The notes beneath the pieces were generated by a model. The model made no database searches and had not been told where the DNA came from. It saw only the letters and a program-made list of their open reading frames with translations. From positions 1 to 64,000 of the IMG/VR virus record IMGVR_UViG_3300007171_000061: a stretch of 64,000 bases of DNA; one strand, given 5' to 3'. Of the stretch, positions 58,658 through 64,000 are shown one piece after another; the first letter of the stretch is position 1; the number at the start of each line of letters is the position of its first letter. The translations under genes were made by a program, and so were the position numbers. Source of the stretch: a virus (taxonomy: Duplodnaviria; Caudoviricetes).

Positions 58658-59863
58658 ATGGCAATCTCAAAAGGTACATCAAAAGTCGTAGCCTACAAAA
58701 AAGAAAGTCAGTGGGGAAATTTAGCTGGTTCCACTGGTGGTAAACTACTTCGCCGTGTCACTGCTAGTTTCAACCTAGTAAAAGAAGCTTACGAATCAGG
58801 TGAAATTCGTACTGATCGTCAAATTGCAGACTTTCGCCACGGTGTTCGTTCTGCAGAAGGTAGTTTAAATGCTGAACTATCCCCTGCATCATACGCTGAT
58901 TTCATGGGTTCTATTGTAGGTCGTGATTTTGCTACCGTTACGTTAGGTTCCGCTGCTCAAATTACAGTCACTGTTGTTGGTACAACATACACTCTAGTTC
59001 GTGCCACTGGTTCTTTCTTGACAGGTGGTATCAAAGTTGGTATGGTTATTCGCGCTGCAGGTTTGACAACCACTGCTGATAACGGCAAGAACTTACTTGT
59101 TGCTTCCGTAACCGCTACAAACGTTGTTGTTGTACCTCTAAATGGTTCTACAATGACAGCACAAGGTACAGCCTCAAGTGTAACTTTGACTTCTCCTGGT
59201 AAGAGCACTTTCGTTCCTGCTGATGGTCACACTGATCAATCATACACTGTAGAAGAATTTTACGCTGACATTGCTCAATCTGAAGTTTATACAGGTATGA
59301 AGTTGAACAGCATGGCTGTACAATTACCTGCCACCGGATTAACTACTGTTGACTTTGGTTTTGCTGGTAAAGACCTAACGCAATCTGGTACTACTCAATA
59401 CTTTACTTCACCTACTGCTCAGAATGCCAACGGTATCTTTGCTGCTGTAAACGGTGTTATGCTTGTTGACGGTGCTCCTGTTGCACTAGTAACTTCTGCT
59501 GACTTCTCAGTGGAACGTGCTACTGAAAACGCAACTGCTGTAGGTTCTAACTCTGTAGCTGAGATTTTCACTGGTCGTATTCGTGTTACTGGTAACATAA
59601 GTGTTTACTTCCAAGATGCTGCTTTCCGTACTTACTTTGATGCTGAAACTCCAGTATCTATCGTATTGACATTGACTACAGATAACTCAGCCAATTCAGA
59701 CTTTGTAACATTTACAATGCCTAAAGTTAAGCTTGGTAGTTTTACCCGTGACGATGGCGAGCTAGGAATCATCGCCTCAGCAAGCTTTCAAGCTCTGTTG
59801 AATAACGATGGTACTACTGGTTTACCAACAAGTACTATTCAAATTCAAGACTCAGCCGCTTGA
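58658..59863 (+). CDS. Major tail tube protein
   Basis: AYKKESQWG...LRRVT...SGEIRTDRQ...YTVEE...FTMPKVKL. Confidence 0.88.
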   Translation: MAISKGTSKVVAYKKESQWGNLAGSTGGKLLRRVTASFNLVKEAYESGEIRTDRQIADFRHGVRSAEGSLNAELSPASYADFMGSIVGRDFATVTLGSAAQITVTVVGTTYTLVRATGSFLTGGIKVGMVIRAAGLTTTADNGKNLLVASVTATNVVVVPLNGSTMTAQGTASSVTLTSPGKSTFVPADGHTDQSYTVEEFYADIAQSEVYTGMKLNSMAVQLPATGLTTVDFGFAGKDLTQSGTTQYFTSPTAQNANGIFAAVNGVMLVDGAPVALVTSADFSVERATENATAVGSNSVAEIFTGRIRVTGNISVYFQDAAFRTYFDAETPVSIVLTLTTDNSANSDFVTFTMPKVKLGSFTRDDGELGIIASASFQALLNNDGTTGLPTSTIQIQDSAA

Positions 59864-59920
59864 CTTTAAGTTAACTAACTGATATAATCCCTACTGGTTA
59901 ACACTGGTGGGGATTTTATT
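59860..59920 (+). promoter_or_regulatory. Overlapping promoter, terminator hairpin and RBS of the endonuclease gene
   Basis: TTGACT(59860)-17-TATAAT(59883); hairpin 59889-59912 whose 3' arm contains the GGGGA RBS. Confidence 0.7.
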
Positions 59921-59922
59921 TT

Positions 59923-60591
59923 ATGTACTACGTATATTTACACAAGAAATTAAACGGTGAAGTTTTCTATGTCGGTAAAGGGAAAGGTGATCGTGCTTAC
60001 TCTAAACACAATAGGAATCCTCATTGGGAGAACGTTGTAAAGAAGCACGGCTTTACTACCGAAATTGTACTTGCTAATTTACAAGAGTGGTATGCTTTTG
60101 AGTTAGAAAAAGATTTGATATCATACTATGGTTTAAAGTCCGAGGGAGGAACACTTGTCAATGTAGTTTCAGGTGGTGGAGGTAATGGTAATTACGTTCT
60201 TACTGAAGAAGATCGAAAGTTAATTTCGCAGAAAAACTCAGGAAACGGCAATGGTCGTGATGATAAGAATGTTTATAATTTTCTAAGAATACACGATGGT
60301 GAAACTTTCACAGGAACTCGTCAGTCATTTACTGATGAATACAATATCGTAGTTTCGGATTTATTTAAATCAAAGATTATGACTGTACTTGGATGGTGTT
60401 TATTAGAGAATCTTGATAAGGTAAAGAAACCTAAGTGTGATTTAACAGAATATACTTTTCAACACACCGATGGTTCAGTTGTGACCGCTACTAGAAGAGA
60501 CTTCAAGAAAATTACAGGCATTGAGTCTAAAACTCTATTCAAATCAAAAGCAGATAAGACTGTAAAAGGTTGGAGCGTTACCCGAGGCTAA
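59923..60591 (+). CDS. GIY-YIG-like homing endonuclease
   Basis: YYVYLH...FYVGKGKGDRA...E..LISYYG...LVN. Confidence 0.85.
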   Translation: MYYVYLHKKLNGEVFYVGKGKGDRAYSKHNRNPHWENVVKKHGFTTEIVLANLQEWYAFELEKDLISYYGLKSEGGTLVNVVSGGGGNGNYVLTEEDRKLISQKNSGNGNGRDDKNVYNFLRIHDGETFTGTRQSFTDEYNIVVSDLFKSKIMTVLGWCLLENLDKVKKPKCDLTEYTFQHTDGSVVTATRRDFKKITGIESKTLFKSKADKTVKGWSVTRG

Positions 60592-60608
60592 TACCCTTGG
60601 GTTTTTCT
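60579..60608 (+). terminator. Rho-independent terminator overlapping the endonuclease stop
   Basis: CCCGAGG-CTAATAC-CCTTGGG-TTTTTC. Confidence 0.75.
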
Positions 60609-60683
60609 TTATTTGCACCTCTTGATTTATCTTAAAAAATATGCTATAATCAGTACTTCATTAACAATAGAAAGGAAACTATT

Positions 60684-61097
60684 ATGAAATTTGATTTAGC
60701 AAAACATAATTATACAGAGATTGCAGAAGCTGGTTACGAATTCGAACTAAAGCTTCCCGGTACAGGCGAAGGTACTGGAGTATTTATTACTGTACGTGGT
60801 GATCAATCCAAGACCGTAAAAGCATTTGGTCGTAAAAAGTACAGTGAGTTTAAGCTACGTGAACAACAGGCTAAACGCAGAGGTAAAGAAGTTGAAGACA
60901 TGACACTAGAAGAAGCTGAAGAACTAAGTGTAGAGTCTGCTATCGTGCGTGTTATCGGTTGGAAGAACATCACTGAAAATGGTAAAGAAGTAACTTTCAC
61001 AAAAGAAAATGCAGAACGTATCTTCAAAGAATATTCTTGGATTAAAGACCAAGTGATGGAGGAAGCGGGTCAACTGCTAAACTTTCGATGCGAGTGA
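60684..61097 (+). CDS. Tail assembly chaperone (G-like)
   Basis: Between tail tube and tape measure genes; GWKNI...FTKENAE...WIKDQV...NF. Confidence 0.85.
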   Translation: MKFDLAKHNYTEIAEAGYEFELKLPGTGEGTGVFITVRGDQSKTVKAFGRKKYSEFKLREQQAKRRGKEVEDMTLEEAEELSVESAIVRVIGWKNITENGKEVTFTKENAERIFKEYSWIKDQVMEEAGQLLNFRCE

Positions 61098-61476
61098 ATT
61101 AAATGATGCTGTAGCTTTTGCTAAACAAGAGTTTGAACTTGGTAGAAGATCAGGTAGTTCAGGTAGCCTTCGTGATCAGTTAAATTCCGTATGGAGACAA
61201 ACTGGTATAAAACCCAAAGAATTAGAAGAGCTTAAAGAATTACCTGATAGTTGTAGTCAAGTATGGAAATGGTTCATTGATCTTAATAATTCAAGATCAT
61301 CGAATGGTTTTGGAGTCAATCCTATATCATATTCAGATATCAAAGCGTATATTGATTTAATTGACATTGAAATTGAAGATTGGGAACTTGATTTAATTAA
61401 ACGTTTCGATCATGAAGCGTTAAACTCATACGCAAAAGAAGCAGAGCAAGAGCGCAAGAAAGCCTCTAAGAAATAA
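61084..61476 (+). CDS. Tail assembly chaperone frameshift extension (T-like), +1 frame, no start codon
   Basis: Open from 61081 to TAA at 61476 with no ATG/GTG/TTG; VWKWF..L...R..NGFGVNPISYSDI...WE..LI...D motif. Confidence 0.8.
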   Translation, partial: FDASELNDAVAFAKQEFELGRRSGSSGSLRDQLNSVWRQTGIKPKELEELKELPDSCSQVWKWFIDLNNSRSSNGFGVNPISYSDIKAYIDLIDIEIEDWELDLIKRFDHEALNSYAKEAEQERKKASKK

Positions 61477-61573
61477 AAGTAGCTTTGGTTTACTTCGGTA
61501 AATCAGAGCTTCTATATTTGTGAATCTGCATGGTTTATAAATATAGAATTGCCTTTATAACAGGAGAAATGCT

Positions 61574-64000
61574 ATGGATTTAGCAGAATTAAAGTTCGTA
61601 GTTGATACGAAAGAATTGGAAACTGCAGCTACTAGAGTTGCGGAATTAGGTACAGCCGTATCTAAATTAAATAAGCCGATGCAAGATTTATCTAAGGAAT
61701 CTGCAAAGAGCAACAAAGAATTGTCCAAAGCTGAAGAAGCTGCTGCAAAAGCTGCTCTAGCGCAATTAAAGCTTCAGCAAGCGCAGGAAAAATCTACAGA
61801 TAGCATTGGCAAGTCTGCGTCTGTATTAGAGCGTCAAAACCTCATTCTCGGCTACATGGCAACAGGTCTATCAAAAGGACAATCGTCTTACATGGCTACA
61901 GCCAAAGCTGCTGGTGCGCTGGATGATGAACTTGAGCAATTAGAAACAACATTAAAACTTCAACGTACTCTAATCGGTGGTGATCCATTTGATAAGAGTA
62001 TTGGTTTGATGCAAAAGCTTCAAAATGAGTATAAGATAACAACTGAAGTAAGTAATCTTTTCAATAAGAATTTAGGTTTAACTGAAAAGCAAATGGTTGA
62101 TCTTGCTCGTGAAAAAGAAAGATTAATTGCTTTGTATAGTATTGAAGGCAGAAGCTTAGATGGTCTTGCTGCAGAATACGATCAGTTGATTCAAAAGAGT
62201 GTAAAAGTTAATCAAGCTAATGATGCTCGTACGGCAAGTATGAAAGCTCAAATTAAAGCACAGGATGATGCAACTAGAGCCAATGCTTATCTTGCAAAAG
62301 AAATGGAACGTGTTAATCGCTTGAATTCTGAAGGTACAGAAGTTACTAGTGCAACAAACAATAAACTGATTCGTTTTGAACAAGAGTTAAGAAAATCAGG
62401 TTTAACTGCATCAGAACAAGCATCTAAGCTTGCATTATATCGTAATGAATTATTAGCTACACAAAAAGCTGCAGGTAACCGTCAAGTCGATTATCTCTCA
62501 AGAGCTTTAGGTCCACAGATTACCGACATTGCCGTTGGTTTAGCTACAGGTCAAGCACCTTTAACTATCTTGTTACAACAAGGTGGTCAGTTACGAGATC
62601 AGTTTGCTTTGGCTGGTGTTGCTAGTTCCGAAATGGGTAAGATGCTTATCCAAGCTAGTAAATCAATGGTTACCAGCATTAAAGATGTTGGTATGGCGAT
62701 TGGTCAAGTATTTGTCAGTGCTATCACTGGTTCAGGTAAAGCTATTGCCAATTTTGGTATGCAAATTACTGGTACTTCTGCTTTACTCGATGTTTTTAAC
62801 GCCAAGTTAATTGCTGTAGCAGGTGCAAATAGTTTACTTGTTAGAAGCTTTGCTTTCCTTGGTGCTGCATTTACTGCTTTGATTGGTACAACAGTTTTTG
62901 CTGCTATTGCTGCTTTCACAATGTTTGTTGTTTCAATCGGTAAAGTAATTAAAGAAGAAAACGAACTAAACCGTGCATTAAATCTTACTGGTGCAGCTAT
63001 GGGTCTTAATTTGAACATGGCTTATGATGCTGCTAGAAGTATGCAGCAATTTGGTGTTAGTACTGGTACTACATTAACTGTTCTTACTGAAATGTCTAAG
63101 ATCGGTGGTTTAAGTTCTAGGAGTTTACAAACTATTGCTACTACAGCTAGTGCATTAAAAACAGCTTTTAATATTCCTATTGCAGATACAGTAAAGCAGT
63201 TTAAAGAACTACAGGAAAAACCCACAGAGTCTTTAACTAAGTTAGCTAAGCAATTAGGTACAATTCCTCTTGAAGTTCTAAAGCAAGTCGATGCTTACGA
63301 ACGTGCTGGTAATAGTATAAAAGCTGCTCAACTTGCAACTGAAACATACGCTAAAGCAGGTAAGGATGCAGCGGATAAAACTGTAGAAAATTTTGGCACA
63401 ATTACTAGATTGGGTATATCTCTTGGTAAGATTTGGAATAAGACTTGGGAATCAATCATGGGTATTGGTCGTAGAGATACCAATGAAGAACAGATTTCTA
63501 AACTTAGTGAAAGATTGTCGAAACTATTGGCAGCGCAAGACCCTCGTCAGATTGCTGCTAGAAAACCAATGGTTGATGCAACTATTGCTGAAATAAAAGC
63601 TATAGCACTTCAAGTTGCTGCTGAAAAAGAATTAGAAGAACAACGTGATAAAAATGCAGCAGATGCAGAAAAGTTTGCCGACGATAAAAAGAAACGTGAC
63701 GAAGCTGCAAAGAAAGCCATCAAGGATAAACAAGATGCTGAGAAAGCATTTGCTGATGAACTAAAGAGAGCTAAAGAGTTTTACAATGCTCAAGTCGGTG
63801 CAGTTAATAATTTAACCAAAGCTGAACTAGCATTGCAAAAAGTTAAAGAAAGCGCAGGTTTTAAAGCTGGTTCTCCTGAAGGTAGAAAGCAAATTGAGCA
63901 ATTCTATGAACAAGCAAAAGCTAACGAATTGTTAGTTAAAGCTGAAAGAGACAGAGCTGCTCAAATGTCTGTAATTAATAGATTGGAAGGTAGAGTAAGT
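61574..64000 (+). CDS. Tape measure protein (partial, runs off window end)
   Basis: ATG 61574 MDLAELKFVVDT...; PQITDIAVGLATGQAPLTILLQQGGQLRD (TMP_2-like); Ala/Lys-rich helical; AGGAG RBS. Confidence 0.9.
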   Translation, partial: MDLAELKFVVDTKELETAATRVAELGTAVSKLNKPMQDLSKESAKSNKELSKAEEAAAKAALAQLKLQQAQEKSTDSIGKSASVLERQNLILGYMATGLSKGQSSYMATAKAAGALDDELEQLETTLKLQRTLIGGDPFDKSIGLMQKLQNEYKITTEVSNLFNKNLGLTEKQMVDLAREKERLIALYSIEGRSLDGLAAEYDQLIQKSVKVNQANDARTASMKAQIKAQDDATRANAYLAKEMERVNRLNSEGTEVTSATNNKLIRFEQELRKSGLTASEQASKLALYRNELLATQKAAGNRQVDYLSRALGPQITDIAVGLATGQAPLTILLQQGGQLRDQFALAGVASSEMGKMLIQASKSMVTSIKDVGMAIGQVFVSAITGSGKAIANFGMQITGTSALLDVFNAKLIAVAGANSLLVRSFAFLGAAFTALIGTTVFAAIAAFTMFVVSIGKVIKEENELNRALNLTGAAMGLNLNMAYDAARSMQQFGVSTGTTLTVLTEMSKIGGLSSRSLQTIATTASALKTAFNIPIADTVKQFKELQEKPTESLTKLAKQLGTIPLEVLKQVDAYERAGNSIKAAQLATETYAKAGKDAADKTVENFGTITRLGISLGKIWNKTWESIMGIGRRDTNEEQISKLSERLSKLLAAQDPRQIAARKPMVDATIAEIKAIALQVAAEKELEEQRDKNAADAEKFADDKKKRDEAAKKAIKDKQDAEKAFADELKRAKEFYNAQVGAVNNLTKAELALQKVKESAGFKAGSPEGRKQIEQFYEQAKANELLVKAERDRAAQMSVINRLEGRVS

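Noticed and set aside
1040-63596. Many ORF-track entries antisense to or nested in real genes (e.g. 12160-12678, 32402-32884, 48940-49653, 50866-51333, 51814-52251, 55415-55705, 62704-63018)
   Set aside because: They are shadows of biased codon usage on the opposite strand, with no RBS and no recognisable motifs
1-64000. Stop-codon reassignment or suppressor tRNA
   Set aside because: All core genes are full length in the standard code and no CTA, TCA or TTA anticodon tRNA was found
1-64000. Prophage or temperate features
   Set aside because: No integrase, repressor, att-like site or host genes seen; content is typical of a lytic phage

Overview
This is a 64-kb, AT-rich segment of a lytic dsDNA tailed phage genome (siphovirus-type, T5-like in lifestyle because it uses host sigma70-type promoters throughout). 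No integrase or repressor is visible. Layout: (1) 1-19.7 kb, minus strand: nucleotide metabolism and replication (NrdA, dNTP pyrophosphohydrolases, exonucleases, Endo VII, SSB, family A DNA polymerase, primase-helicase, RNA ligase, DNA ligase), plus a small tRNA/ncRNA/nucleotidyltransferase cassette. (2) 20-33 kb, plus strand: early/middle genes (two deaminases, Pnk-like kinase, Rnl1, phosphoesterase, ThyX, HU-like protein, SleB hydrolase, many small ORFs). (3) 33.1-36.8 kb: a distinct island with 20-bp repeats, DnaA boxes and a GP88-like gene, possibly the terminal repeat/pre-early region. (4) 36.9-39.8 kb, minus strand: ClpP and PhoH. (5) 39.8-43.3 kb: a palindrome-rich AT tract, a tRNA cluster and several structured non-tRNA elements. 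(6) 43.3-64 kb: morphogenesis (terminase, portal, a fibre cassette inserted in the head module, protease, scaffold, capsid, neck, tail tube, frameshifted chaperones, partial tape measure). Seven apparent GIY-YIG/HNH homing endonuclease genes are scattered through the window (one frameshifted), plus a degenerate HNH-fold gene. The most unusual signals are (a) CCA-ended, acceptor-stem-closed RNAs that are not tRNAs, one of them directly upstream of a putative nucleotidyltransferase operon, (b) an 11-bp phased repeat leader at the divergence point, (c) an oriC-like DnaA-box/20-bp-repeat array, and (d) an obligatory +1 (not -1) tail chaperone frameshift. All family assignments come from motif recognition by eye; no searches or folding programs were run.
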